Shown here piece after piece: positions 1-9,490 of a stretch of DNA of 64,000 nt; the stretch's first letter is position 1, and each line of letters starts with the position of its first letter. Source of the stretch: an uncultured Bacilli bacterium (lineage in GTDB: Bacteria; Bacillota_I; Bacilli_A; RF39; UBA660); the NCBI GenBank assembly GCA_947628065.1, contig CANQYK010000001.1:7372-71371 (forward strand), in the 5' to 3' direction. The position numbers and the translations under genes were made by a program. A model generated the notes under the pieces. The model was not told the origin of the DNA. It did no database searches and saw nothing but the letters and a program-made list of their open reading frames with translations.

Positions 1-443
1 CATTTTCCCATTGTTCAAATAAGTAATTTGAAGTATTTCTGTCTTGTTGTAACATATAATAATCAAGTGCAACCATAGAAAGAATCGAATTTAGTAATTC
101 TTTTTGCTTTTCTATAATATCATCTAATGCATAATCGTCTCGATACAATATTGGTAAAGACTCTAGTGTATAATAATTTTTCTTTTCTTCTTTAAAATCT
201 GTTGACGCAATAGAATAAGATTTTCTTGGAATATTGTAATATATAAAATACTCTGCTGTTTTTATATGATGTTTTTTGGCAAGATATTCCCCAATCATTT
301 CATTCAAATTAAATGGTTTTTGATATACATTTTTCCCATGACAGGTAATGCCTTTTTCCTGATATGATGTTCTTATATCCATATCATAATCTGTTAAAAT
401 AGGCGTATTTTTTGTAATAATAGATGGTACATAAAATTCCATA
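1..443 (-). CDS. hypothetical protein, N-terminal part; the ORF runs off the left window edge
   Basis: There is an ATG at 443 (minus strand) preceded by GGGGGA. My hand translation begins MEFYVPSIITKNTPILTDYDMDIRTSYQEKG and stays open to position 1. The ORF is not in the supplied track, and I recognise no family. Confidence 0.35.
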
Positions 444-516
444 TTATCCCCCTTTTCTTGCCGCATATTATAACACAAATCGGAAAAAATAGCAATGAAA
501 AAGACATCACCATGTC

Positions 517-1686
517 TTATTCTAAATCCTCTAAAATACTTGTTCCAATCTCAGGTGGTGCGACTTCAAAATTATCCGCAATTGTAGCCGCTATTACGGA
601 TAAACTTTCTTGTACAGGAAGTTTTTTTGGATATTTAAAGTTCCTACTATATAAAATTAATGGAACATTTTCTCTTGTATGGTCATTTCCATGAAAGGTT
701 GGATCGTTTCCGTGATCGGCTGTAATAATAAACAAATCATCCATTTCTAGTTTATTTAAAATCATAGAAATTTCAATATCCAACTCTTCAATTGCTTTGG
801 CATATCCCTCAACATCCCTTTGATGTCCATATAAACTATCAAATTCACATAAATTCACCATACAAAGTCCAGTGAATTTTTTATCCATAACAGAAGATAA
901 CTTATTCAAAGCACTTTGATTGGTACTTGCTTTTAATACTTTATTAATTCCTTGTTCTGAGAAAATATCATTGATCTTACCAATTCCAATAACATTATAT
1001 CCTTCTTCATCCAAATAGTCTAAAATCGTCTTTTTTGGGGGCTTTATCGGATAATCCTTTCTTCCAGCTGTATTGACTTTAAACTTTCCATTCACTCCTA
1101 CAAATGGTTTTGCAATAACTCTTCCTACTAACCAATCTTCCCGTTTTGTAAGCTCTCGTACCTTTTCACAATAACTATATAATTGTTCTGCTGAGACAAC
1201 ATCTTCATGAGCTGCGATTTGAAGATCCGAGTCTGCTGAGGTATAAACAATTAAAGATCCATAGTTTAACTGTCTTTCTCCCAATTCTTTTATGATACTA
1301 TCATCATTACTACATTTATTTCCAATGACACGACGACCTGTAATTTTCTCTATTTCATCAATTAATTCAATGGGAAAACCATTTTCATTAAATGTTTGAA
1401 AAGGAATATTAGAAGTAATTCCCATCATTTCATAATGACCTGCTAAACTATCTTTCCCAGCATTGTTTGGTCTTGCAATGGTATAGTAAGCATCAACATC
1501 TTGTTTGTCTTCCATTGTTATCGTATTTAAAAGACCAATCTTCTCAAGATTTGGGACAAACAAATCATAGTTTTCCTTGATATGCCCCAAGGTATTCGAA
1601 CCACTATCTCCATAACTTGCCGCATCGGCTGCTTCCCCTACTCCTAAAGAATCAAGTACCATTAAAAATATTCTTTTAAATTTCAT
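517..1686 (-). CDS. deoB: phosphopentomutase
   Basis: The N-terminus reads RIFLMVLDSLGVGEAADAASYGDSGSNTLGHI and a C-terminal ITADHGNDPT motif is present. Both are typical of DeoB/Drm, and the 389-aa length fits. Confidence 0.9.
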   Translation of the reverse strand: MKFKRIFLMVLDSLGVGEAADAASYGDSGSNTLGHIKENYDLFVPNLEKIGLLNTITMEDKQDVDAYYTIARPNNAGKDSLAGHYEMMGITSNIPFQTFNENGFPIELIDEIEKITGRRVIGNKCSNDDSIIKELGERQLNYGSLIVYTSADSDLQIAAHEDVVSAEQLYSYCEKVRELTKREDWLVGRVIAKPFVGVNGKFKVNTAGRKDYPIKPPKKTILDYLDEEGYNVIGIGKINDIFSEQGINKVLKASTNQSALNKLSSVMDKKFTGLCMVNLCEFDSLYGHQRDVEGYAKAIEELDIEISMILNKLEMDDLFIITADHGNDPTFHGNDHTRENVPLILYSRNFKYPKKLPVQESLSVIAATIADNFEVAPPEIGTSILEDLE

Positions 1687-1687
1687 A

Positions 1688-2590
1688 TTATCTTCCTTTC
1701 TTTGCTCTTGGATGGTATGTATTATAATCTTTTTTCACTTTATCATTGGTAATATGGGTATAGATCTTTGTTGTAGAAATATCAGAATGTCCAAGCATTA
1801 CTTGAATACTTCTAAGATCTGCTCCATTTTCTAATAAATGCGTTGCAAAAGAATGTCTTAGACTGTGCGGTGAAATATCACTTTTTAATCCTTTTTCTTT
1901 TAAGATATTCTTTAAGTTTTTAAAGAACCCTTGTCTTGATATTCCTTCTCCTCTTGCATTTAAAAAGAGCATATCACATGACTTTTTCTTTAATAATTGT
2001 CCTCTTACTTCAAGGTATTGTTTTACATAAGAAAGTGCAACCTCTCCTACTGGAACAATTCTTTCTTTGGATCCTTTTCCTTTGATCCTTAAGATACTAT
2101 TATTAAAATCAATATCATAGACACTAAGAGCAATTAGTTCTGATACTCTAAGACCAGAGCTATACATTAATTCTAACATAGCTTTGTTTCGGTAGTCAAA
2201 TGGTGTCTTTAAAGGGATGTCAAGAAGAATCTCTATTTCTTCACTTGATAAGGTATGGGGAAGTGATTTCCTTAATTTGGGCCGATCAATAAAGGTAACG
2301 GGATTGTTCTTTTCTCCTTCTTCTTTTATAAGGTAACTATGAAAGTTATTGATCGTTGTTATTTTATGCGATACTGTTTTACTATCCTCATCTTTTTGAT
2401 AACAATATTTTAAGTAAGCTTCTACATCTTCTACCTGAATGGTACGAGTATCCATTTTCTTTCTTTTGTCTTTTAAAAAAGCTATATATTCTTTTAATTC
2501 ATAAGAATAACTTTTTCTAGTATTAAGGGATAATCCCTTTTCATATTCACAATAATTAATAAAATCTTCTTTGGCTATATCTAATTTCAT
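1688..2590 (-). CDS. xerD: site-specific tyrosine recombinase XerD
   Basis: The catalytic region HSLRHSFATHLLENGADLRSIQVMLGHSDISTTKIYTH is present in a 300-aa protein. Adjacency to deoB matches the Bacillus ripX-drm arrangement. Confidence 0.8.
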   Translation of the reverse strand: MKLDIAKEDFINYCEYEKGLSLNTRKSYSYELKEYIAFLKDKRKKMDTRTIQVEDVEAYLKYCYQKDEDSKTVSHKITTINNFHSYLIKEEGEKNNPVTFIDRPKLRKSLPHTLSSEEIEILLDIPLKTPFDYRNKAMLELMYSSGLRVSELIALSVYDIDFNNSILRIKGKGSKERIVPVGEVALSYVKQYLEVRGQLLKKKSCDMLFLNARGEGISRQGFFKNLKNILKEKGLKSDISPHSLRHSFATHLLENGADLRSIQVMLGHSDISTTKIYTHITNDKVKKDYNTYHPRAKKGR

Positions 2591-2769
2591 GTTATCACCC
2601 TTATAATGTTAGTATATCACAGAACAGAAAAAAACACTATAAGCGTTCTTTTTCAAAATTGAAAATGAAATATTTGACAAAAGAATGTCAAAGAAATATA
2701 TATTTTAAATAAATTTCTATTTATTGTTACAAATATATGTTAAGATTAAAAAAAGAAGGAGGAAGAAAA

Positions 2770-3576
2770 ATGGAAGAAAAAAGAAACGCAAATAAGGGAC
2801 TTATCTTTATTATCGTAATCTTATTGATTGGCTTACTTGGTACGACTGGTTTTATTATTTACGATAAGTTTATAACAAAAGAAGAAGTAAAAGATGAAAA
2901 AATGAAAGAGGAAAACGAAGAAAAAGTTGAGAAAGAAGAAAGTGAAATTGTAGATATTAACAGCGATTTAGTACAAAATCTATATAGTATTTTTCGGTTT
3001 GATAGATCCTGTTATATGACAGCAGATGATTTAAACAATAATAATTTAGTGAAATTAAGACTAGCTTATGAAAATATAGCAAAACTAGATATGGAACCCA
3101 TTGAATGTTCAAAGCTAGAATTATCCGATTTAGGTTATTGTGGCATTGAGATGAACTATTTGATGGAGGAAGCATACATGGCAAATGACATGGTAAAATT
3201 TAAAGAATATGAACAACTAAATTATACAGATTCTCTTCGTGAAACTTTAATGACTGCAAAAGTACATGAATTATTTGGAAGTGATACGATTGTAAAGCAT
3301 GAATCGTTTGGAACAGGTCATATAGTAGATGCAAATTGTAATTTTATGAAATATGATGCAACAAACCATTTATATGCACAATTTAGTTGTGAAGGTGGTG
3401 GTATTTGTTCTGGTCGAAGTCAAGAATTAATATCAGCTTCCAAAGAAAAGGATAAACTATATATTGTAACAAAACTTTCTTATCCAAGTGATAATACAAC
3501 TACAACTGTAACTTATACATTTAAGACGGATTCAATAAATAATAACTATGTGTTTGAAAACGTAGTGGAACAGTAA
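2770..3576 (+). CDS. membrane-anchored hypothetical protein
   Basis: An AAGGAGG RBS precedes the ATG at 2770. The protein has an N-terminal TM helix (LIFIIVILLIGLLGTTGFIIY) followed by a Lys/Glu-rich linker. I recognise no family. Confidence 0.5.
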   Translation: MEEKRNANKGLIFIIVILLIGLLGTTGFIIYDKFITKEEVKDEKMKEENEEKVEKEESEIVDINSDLVQNLYSIFRFDRSCYMTADDLNNNNLVKLRLAYENIAKLDMEPIECSKLELSDLGYCGIEMNYLMEEAYMANDMVKFKEYEQLNYTDSLRETLMTAKVHELFGSDTIVKHESFGTGHIVDANCNFMKYDATNHLYAQFSCEGGGICSGRSQELISASKEKDKLYIVTKLSYPSDNTTTTVTYTFKTDSINNNYVFENVVEQ

Positions 3577-3692
3577 AGCTGTAATGAAATTACTTCATTA
3601 TGGTTTTTCTTTTTTTGATTGCAACAACTTTTTATAGAAAAAATAGAAAACTTATGTTATACTTAGTCTAATTTATAGAAAGGAGACCTTTT

Positions 3693-4859
3693 ATGAAATC
3701 TGTTGGTATTATTGCAGAATACAATCCATTTCATAATGGACATCTTTACCATTTAAATGAGGTAAAAAAGATGTTTCCTGATTCTGTTATTGTTTTAATA
3801 TTGGGTGGTAATTTTACAGAACGTGGGGATCTATCGATTTTAAACAAATGGGAAAAAACAGAAATCGCACTACACTTTGGAGTGGACTTAGTTGTCTTAC
3901 TCCCCTTCCCTTATGCGACAGCATCTAGTGATATCTTTGCGGAAGGTGCGATTGAATTATGTCATGAATTAGGGGTTTCCGATCTTGTTTTTGGTAGTGA
4001 AACAGATGATATAAAAGGTATGGAATTACTTGTTGATACCCAATTACACCACCCTGATTTTAATGCTTTGGTACAAGTCTATTTACGAATGGGTAAGAAT
4101 TATCCAACGGCTCTATCACTTGCTTTAAAAGAGTTAACCGGCTTATCCTATAGTCTTCCAAATGATTTATTAGGAATTAGTTACATAAAAGCAATAAAAA
4201 AGAATCATTATAATATCAAAGCCCATACTATTAAAAGAGAGAACAATTATCATGATAAAACATTACAAGATAACATATCCAGTGCGACAAGTATTAGAGA
4301 AGCCCTATTAAAGAAAGAAGATATAACAAATCAAGTACCATCTTTTGTTCTTCCTTATTTAAAAAAAGAAAGAAAAACGATCAATGATTACTTCCCTTAT
4401 TTAAAATATAAAATTTTAACCGAAGAAAACTTAGAAGATTATCCTTTTATTGATAGTGGTATGAAAAAGAAACTAAAAAAAGAAATTGATTCTGTAGATA
4501 CGATAGATGAGTTAATTCATCATATAAAAAGCAAAAATACAACTTACAATAAACTTTCCCGAATGCTTTTATATTTGTTATGTGGCTATACCAAAAAAAG
4601 GCAAGAAAAAGAGCAAGCAATTACCTATATTCGTCTTCTTGGTTTTAATAAAAAAGGACAACGCTATTTAAAGGAGAAAAAGAAAGAAATAAAACTTCCA
4701 ATTATTAGTAAATTTACAAGAGAACAAGAAAGTATTTTAAATTTTGAATACATAACAACAAAAATTTATGCCCTTGTTCTTCCTTATGAGGAAGGAAAAA
4801 AATTGATCGAAATGGAGTATAAAAGAGCTCCAATACGAAAGGATGATGAAAATGATTAA
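3693..4859 (+). CDS. tmcAL: tRNA(Met) cytidine acetate ligase (YlbM/UPF0348 nucleotidyltransferase)
   Basis: The N-terminus IIAEYNPFHNGHLYHL carries the HxGH nucleotidyltransferase motif. The 388-aa length is typical of TmcAL. Confidence 0.75.
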   Translation: MKSVGIIAEYNPFHNGHLYHLNEVKKMFPDSVIVLILGGNFTERGDLSILNKWEKTEIALHFGVDLVVLLPFPYATASSDIFAEGAIELCHELGVSDLVFGSETDDIKGMELLVDTQLHHPDFNALVQVYLRMGKNYPTALSLALKELTGLSYSLPNDLLGISYIKAIKKNHYNIKAHTIKRENNYHDKTLQDNISSATSIREALLKKEDITNQVPSFVLPYLKKERKTINDYFPYLKYKILTEENLEDYPFIDSGMKKKLKKEIDSVDTIDELIHHIKSKNTTYNKLSRMLLYLLCGYTKKRQEKEQAITYIRLLGFNKKGQRYLKEKKKEIKLPIISKFTREQESILNFEYITTKIYALVLPYEEGKKLIEMEYKRAPIRKDDEND

Positions 4860-5541
4860 AACAAAAAAACAAGGATTATTAATTGTTATTTCTTCCCCTA
4901 GTGGTGGAGGAAAAGGAAGTGTCATTAAAGAATTATTAAAACGAGATCCCAATCGGTGGCTATCGGTTTCTACAACAAGTAGAAAAATAAGAGAGAATGA
5001 TATTCCGGGCGTTACGTATAATTTTGTAACAAAGGAAGAGTTTGAACAAAAAATAGAAGAAGGTTATTTCTTAGAATACACAAACTATGTTGGAAATTAT
5101 TATGGTACTCCAAAAGAGTTTATTGCTGATAAATTAGAAGAAGGAAGAGACGTTATTTTAGAGATTGAAATTGAAGGAGCATCTAACATTAAAAAGTTAA
5201 TACCAGAAGCCCTATTTATCTTTATTATGCCACCTTCTTTAAAAATATTAAAAGAACGACTTGAAAAACGAGGAACGGATTCCAAAGAAAAAATATTAGA
5301 ACGGTTCCAAACGGCTTATAAAGAGATTAATGAAGTTAGTAAATATAATTATGTTGTTGTAAATGACGATTTAAATCTAGCCGTTGATAAGGTAGAAGCA
5401 ATACTAATGGCAGAGCGTCTTCGGGTTGATAGAATTGAAGAGGTCTTTTTGGATACGGTAGAAGAAGATATTCATGAAGAATTACTCCCTGATAAAGAAT
5501 TACCAAACATTGATATCAAAGACAAAATAAAAGAGCAATAA
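4852..5541 (+). CDS. gmk: guanylate kinase
   Basis: A P-loop (ISSPSGGGKG) and downstream YYGTP are present. The ORF opens at 4843, but ATG 4852 has better RBS spacing (AAGGA plus 8 nt). Confidence 0.9.
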   Translation: MIKTKKQGLLIVISSPSGGGKGSVIKELLKRDPNRWLSVSTTSRKIRENDIPGVTYNFVTKEEFEQKIEEGYFLEYTNYVGNYYGTPKEFIADKLEEGRDVILEIEIEGASNIKKLIPEALFIFIMPPSLKILKERLEKRGTDSKEKILERFQTAYKEINEVSKYNYVVVNDDLNLAVDKVEAILMAERLRVDRIEEVFLDTVEEDIHEELLPDKELPNIDIKDKIKEQ

Positions 5542-5550
5542 GCTCTTTTT
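5530..5550. terminator. bidirectional intrinsic terminator hairpin between convergent genes
   Basis: The hairpin is AAAGAGC-aataa-GCTCTTT followed by a T-run. It lies between the gmk stop and the stop of 5551..6807. Confidence 0.55.
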
Positions 5551-6807
5551 CTATGCCTCTTTTAGACTGTTTTCATTTAATAAAAAGTCATAAATACTCA
5601 TATATATAATTCCATCTTCATCTTGCCATTTGATAAAGTGATCATATACAATAATTATTTTTTTAAAATTATCTCCTATATTTAAAAGTGATTGTGTTTC
5701 TTGCTCTTTCTTTTCTTTCTCTTCGATACTATATGCAGATTGAATATAATATTTTTCATTTCCCTTATTAACGACAAAATCTACTTCCAATTGTTTATAA
5801 CTCTTCTTTCCACTATTTGTATGATTTCTTTTTTCTACAACACCTACATCGACATTAAAGTTTCTTCTTCGTAATTCCGTATAAATTATATTCTCCATAA
5901 TATGATTTTTTTCTATTTGTCTAAAATTAATCAAACTATTTCTAATTCCGATATCTACAAAATAATATTTTATTGGTGTTTCAATATATTTTTTTCCTTT
6001 TACATCAAATCTTTTGGATTTCTCAATTAAGAAAGCTTCTTCTAAATATTTTAAATAGGATGAAATAGTTTTATCTGTAATGTTTTTGCATCCTTTACTA
6101 AGGAAAGTATTATATAATTTCGTAGGATTCGTAAGTGAACCTATACTGGATGATATAATTTCAATTAAAGTTCTTAATTCTTCATCATTTTTGATATCAT
6201 GTCTTTCAATAACATCATTTATGTATACATTATCTTTTTGATAGTTTAAATATTCTATTTTTTCATCCATTGTTTTTAACGTAGCAATAAAAGGTAGACC
6301 ACCAAAGTTGATATATTCATCAAGCCCTTTTATTTTATCACCATCATAAACTGACATAAATTCTTTAAAGCTTAAAGGGTATACTTTTATTTCATCTCCA
6401 CGTCCTCGAAACTCTGTAATAATATCAGATGATAAAAATTTTGAATTACTTCCTGTTACGTATACATCCAAATTAGGTTTTCTTAAAAAACTATTTAATA
6501 CACTTTCAAATTGATCGACTTTTTGTATTTCATCCAGAATAATATAATACATTTTATCATCTGTTACTTTACTTATAATGTATTCATAAAGTTTTTTGGG
6601 ATTTGTATATTCTTCGTTCTCTATTGAATCTAATTCTAATTTAATGATATGTTTTTTATCTACACCATTTTCCAATAAATAATTTTTAAATATTGGATCC
6701 AATAAATAAGATTTTCCACATCTCCTAATACCTGTCACTATTTTAATCAGTTTATTTTCTTTTTTTGTTATCAATTTATTCAAATAATAATTTCTTTCAA
6801 TCTCCAT
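5551..6807 (-). CDS. AAA-family ATPase with C-terminal DUF4143-like region
   Basis: Walker A is GIRRCGKSYL and Walker B-like is YIILDEIQ. The N-terminus MEIERNYYLNKL is typical of this family. I moved the start to ATG 6807, which follows AGGAAAGG. Confidence 0.65.
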   Translation of the reverse strand: MEIERNYYLNKLITKKENKLIKIVTGIRRCGKSYLLDPIFKNYLLENGVDKKHIIKLELDSIENEEYTNPKKLYEYIISKVTDDKMYYIILDEIQKVDQFESVLNSFLRKPNLDVYVTGSNSKFLSSDIITEFRGRGDEIKVYPLSFKEFMSVYDGDKIKGLDEYINFGGLPFIATLKTMDEKIEYLNYQKDNVYINDVIERHDIKNDEELRTLIEIISSSIGSLTNPTKLYNTFLSKGCKNITDKTISSYLKYLEEAFLIEKSKRFDVKGKKYIETPIKYYFVDIGIRNSLINFRQIEKNHIMENIIYTELRRRNFNVDVGVVEKRNHTNSGKKSYKQLEVDFVVNKGNEKYYIQSAYSIEEKEKKEQETQSLLNIGDNFKKIIIVYDHFIKWQDEDGIIYMSIYDFLLNENSLKEA

Positions 6808-7128
6808 AATAACCTTTCCTTTCCATTTGTTATTAATAGTATATACCAAATAAAATTGTTTATCAATAGTCATTCCGAAAAAATTGTCCTTTTCCACTTT
6901 TTCCGTAATAAAACAAAATTACAAAAAGATAGTGAAAGAATTAATATAAAAAGTTGAATGTGTTTGTATTTGGAAAATATTACTACAAACAAAAAAATTA
7001 GAATGAACTAATCTTTTTAAATCGTCCACTAAGCAGGACCTCGCTCATTTTAACTCATTGCTTTTAGCAATTAATGTATTTATATAGTAACAGTTTTAAT
7101 TATTTTTATCAAGAGTTTTTCTATAATT

Positions 7129-7162
7129 GGACAGTAATAAGTCCACGTTCTCCTACTTTTAT
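7129..7162 (-). repeat. relic copy of the mutM 3' end located just downstream of pyk
   Basis: GGACAGTAATAAGT-CCACGTTCTCCTACTTTTAT here matches 8671..8704 (GGACAGTAATACGTACCACGTCCTCCTACTTTTAT) at about 31 of 34 positions with one 1-nt gap. The same hairpin motif AAAAAAATTAGAATGAACTAAT also occurs at about 6991..7012 and 8631..8652. Confidence 0.6.
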
Positions 7163-8568
7163 ATTTCTTCTATTTTCATTAAATTGGTTGTTTTGGTCTC
7201 CATATTGTTTGGAAAACCACCTGTTAAGATAACAATATCTTTTTCTTCTAATTTCATAAACTCTTTGGCTTTTTCTACACTTTGCATTAAGATCTCATCG
7301 GTTGAATTAATGATTGGTAAAATACTAGGATAAACACCCCAATTAAGGGCAAGTTGTCTTCCTGTTTTTTCTGTTGGAGCAAGAGCAAGAATTGGTGCCT
7401 TAGGTTTTAAATTACTAATTTGTCTTGCAGTATATCCACTGATTGTGGCAGCACATATAAGTTTTGCATCTAATAAGTTCGCACTTTCTACAACGTTCGT
7501 AGCAATCGCTTCTGTAATTTTATCAAGATGTTTTTGATGCTTGATATAATCAAAAGTAGCATATTCTTCTGTTACTTCACAAATACGAGCCATAGCTGCG
7601 ACAGTTTCAACTGGATGCTTTCCAACGGTTGTTTCCCCACTTAACATAACAGCATCGGTTCCATCTAAAACAGCATTGGCAATATCACTTGTCTCGGCTC
7701 TTTTTGGACGATTATTTTCCATCATGGTTTCAAGCATTTCTGTCGCAACAACACAAATTTTTCCCATTTTACGACACGTTTTAATGATTTGTTTTTGAAC
7801 AACAGGAAGTTTTTCACTTTCCATTTCTGTTCCAAGATCTCCCCTTGCCACCATAATACCATCAGATACTTCCAAAATTTCTTCTAAATTTTTGATACCT
7901 AACTCACTTTCAATTTTACAAATGATTTGTAAGTCTTCTCGGTTATAAGCTTTTAATAATTTCTTAATTTCTAAAACATCTTCTTTTTTTGATACAAAAG
8001 AAATTGCAAGAAATTCTCCTCCGTTTTCACAAGCATATTTAATATCTTCCCTATCAAGTTCACTAACATAAGGAATAGCAAGATTAATTCCTGGTACACT
8101 GATACTTTTTTTGTTTCCTAAGACTCCACCTGCTACAATATTACAAGTAACACCATCTTCTTCTATCGTTTTGACAACAAGCTTCATTTTGGCATTTTCA
8201 AGTAAAATGGTATCACCAACACTTAAACTATCAAGAGCATTTGGATGATTGACAGAAAAAGCATCTTGATTTCCTAGGATTTCTTCTTTTACAATTCGAA
8301 TGCTTTTTCCTTTTTTTAGTTCTACTTTATCCCCTTCAAACATTCCCGTTCGAAACTCTGGCCCTTTTGTATCCCATAGGATTGCAACAGAACAACCTGT
8401 TTTTTCTCTTACCTCTCGAACGGTATCAATTGCTTGTTTTCGCTCATCAAGCGTTGCATGTGTAAAGTTAATACGCGCTACATTCATTCCAGCTAAAACC
8501 ATCTTTTCCATAACATTTACAGTATTGCTAGCTGGTCCAATACTACAAATGATTTTCGTTTTTTTCAT
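7159..8568 (-). CDS. pyk: pyruvate kinase
   Basis: Motifs KIICSIGPAS, MNVARINFTH and MVARGDLG are present. The start is placed at ATG 8568 after GGGAGGAAAAAG. Confidence 0.92.
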   Translation of the reverse strand: MKKTKIICSIGPASNTVNVMEKMVLAGMNVARINFTHATLDERKQAIDTVREVREKTGCSVAILWDTKGPEFRTGMFEGDKVELKKGKSIRIVKEEILGNQDAFSVNHPNALDSLSVGDTILLENAKMKLVVKTIEEDGVTCNIVAGGVLGNKKSISVPGINLAIPYVSELDREDIKYACENGGEFLAISFVSKKEDVLEIKKLLKAYNREDLQIICKIESELGIKNLEEILEVSDGIMVARGDLGTEMESEKLPVVQKQIIKTCRKMGKICVVATEMLETMMENNRPKRAETSDIANAVLDGTDAVMLSGETTVGKHPVETVAAMARICEVTEEYATFDYIKHQKHLDKITEAIATNVVESANLLDAKLICAATISGYTARQISNLKPKAPILALAPTEKTGRQLALNWGVYPSILPIINSTDEILMQSVEKAKEFMKLEEKDIVILTGGFPNNMETKTTNLMKIEEI

Positions 8569-8654
8569 TCTTTTTCCTCCCTTTCGCAAACAGATATCAT
8601 TATACTATAATAGTGCGTTTGTTGTAAAGAAAAAAATTAGAATGAACTAATTTT

Positions 8655-9473
8655 TTATTTTTGACAATTCGGACAGTAATACGTACCACGTCCTCCTACT
8701 TTTATTTTTTTAATTTTTCCCTTACAAATTGGACAAATTCCATCTTTCTTTCCATGAACCGATAATTCATTTTGAAACCTTCCGTGAACACCTTCACTAG
8801 AGGTAAAACTTTTAATGGTAGTACCTCCCATCGTAATTGCCTTGTCTAATACTTCTTTAGTATAAAAAATGATAGATTCTAATTCGCATCTTTTCATGTT
8901 TTTTGCTTTCCTTAATGGAGAAATATGACTTAAGAATAAAATCTCATCATCATAGATATTACCAATTCCTGCAATAATACTTTGATCAAGTAATACGGTT
9001 TTAATTGGTAAGGTTTTATTTTTAAAACGATTTCTTAAATAGGATACCGTTAATCTTTCATCGTTATACTCGTATCCTAATAGTGATAAAGGTGGTAGCT
9101 CATATATTTCATTCTTTGGTAACAACATCATTTTACCAAACTTTCTTACATCATGAAATCGTAGTTCCATTCCATCATCCAAAAGGAAGATAACATGTTC
9201 GTGTTTTTCTCTTTTTGTACCCTTTTCCCGAAAGAAAAACTTTCCTTCCATTCTTAGATGCACCAAAAGTGCCTTTGATGTAAGATAGAAAACAAGCCAT
9301 TTTCCACGGGTTGTAATCTTTTCTATTTTCTGATTCTTTATCTCTTTTATAAAAGCATCTTTATCCCCCATGATAATAGAGTCCCAATAAACATCACAGG
9401 ACTTAATTTCTTTTCCAATGAGCCTATTCTCAAGTGTTTTCGCAACCGTTACAACTTCTGGTTTTTCTGGCAT
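8655..9473 (-). CDS. mutM: formamidopyrimidine-DNA glycosylase
   Basis: The N-terminus is MPEKPEV, and the C-terminus has the zinc finger CPICKGKIKKIKVGGRGTYYCPNCQ. The protein is 272 aa. Confidence 0.85.
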   Translation of the reverse strand: MPEKPEVVTVAKTLENRLIGKEIKSCDVYWDSIIMGDKDAFIKEIKNQKIEKITTRGKWLVFYLTSKALLVHLRMEGKFFFREKGTKREKHEHVIFLLDDGMELRFHDVRKFGKMMLLPKNEIYELPPLSLLGYEYNDERLTVSYLRNRFKNKTLPIKTVLLDQSIIAGIGNIYDDEILFLSHISPLRKAKNMKRCELESIIFYTKEVLDKAITMGGTTIKSFTSSEGVHGRFQNELSVHGKKDGICPICKGKIKKIKVGGRGTYYCPNCQK

Positions 9474-9490
9474 AAGATCCTCCTTGTAAA

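Noticed and set aside
458-694. Numerous short antisense or alternative-frame ORFs in the track lie inside long genes. Examples are 458..694, 2957..3184, 4737..4952, 5100..5285, 5692..5874, 8300..8650, 11858..12076, 15141..15512, 15759..16010, 17141..17353, 17687..19162 (a series), 19924..20559 (a series), 28328..29731 (a series), 31014..31349, 43718..44205, 45499..46224, 51585..55325 (a series), and 61387..63417 (a series).
   Set aside because: They are fully embedded in well-supported genes on the opposite strand or in another frame. They lack RBSs, and their low-complexity Leu/Phe/Ser-rich composition is typical of shadow ORFs in AT-rich DNA.
7127-7333. A plus-strand 68-aa ORF lies at the pyk 3' end.
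   Set aside because: It overlaps pyk antisense, and its 5' part is the relic copy of the mutM 3' end. I see no coding evidence.
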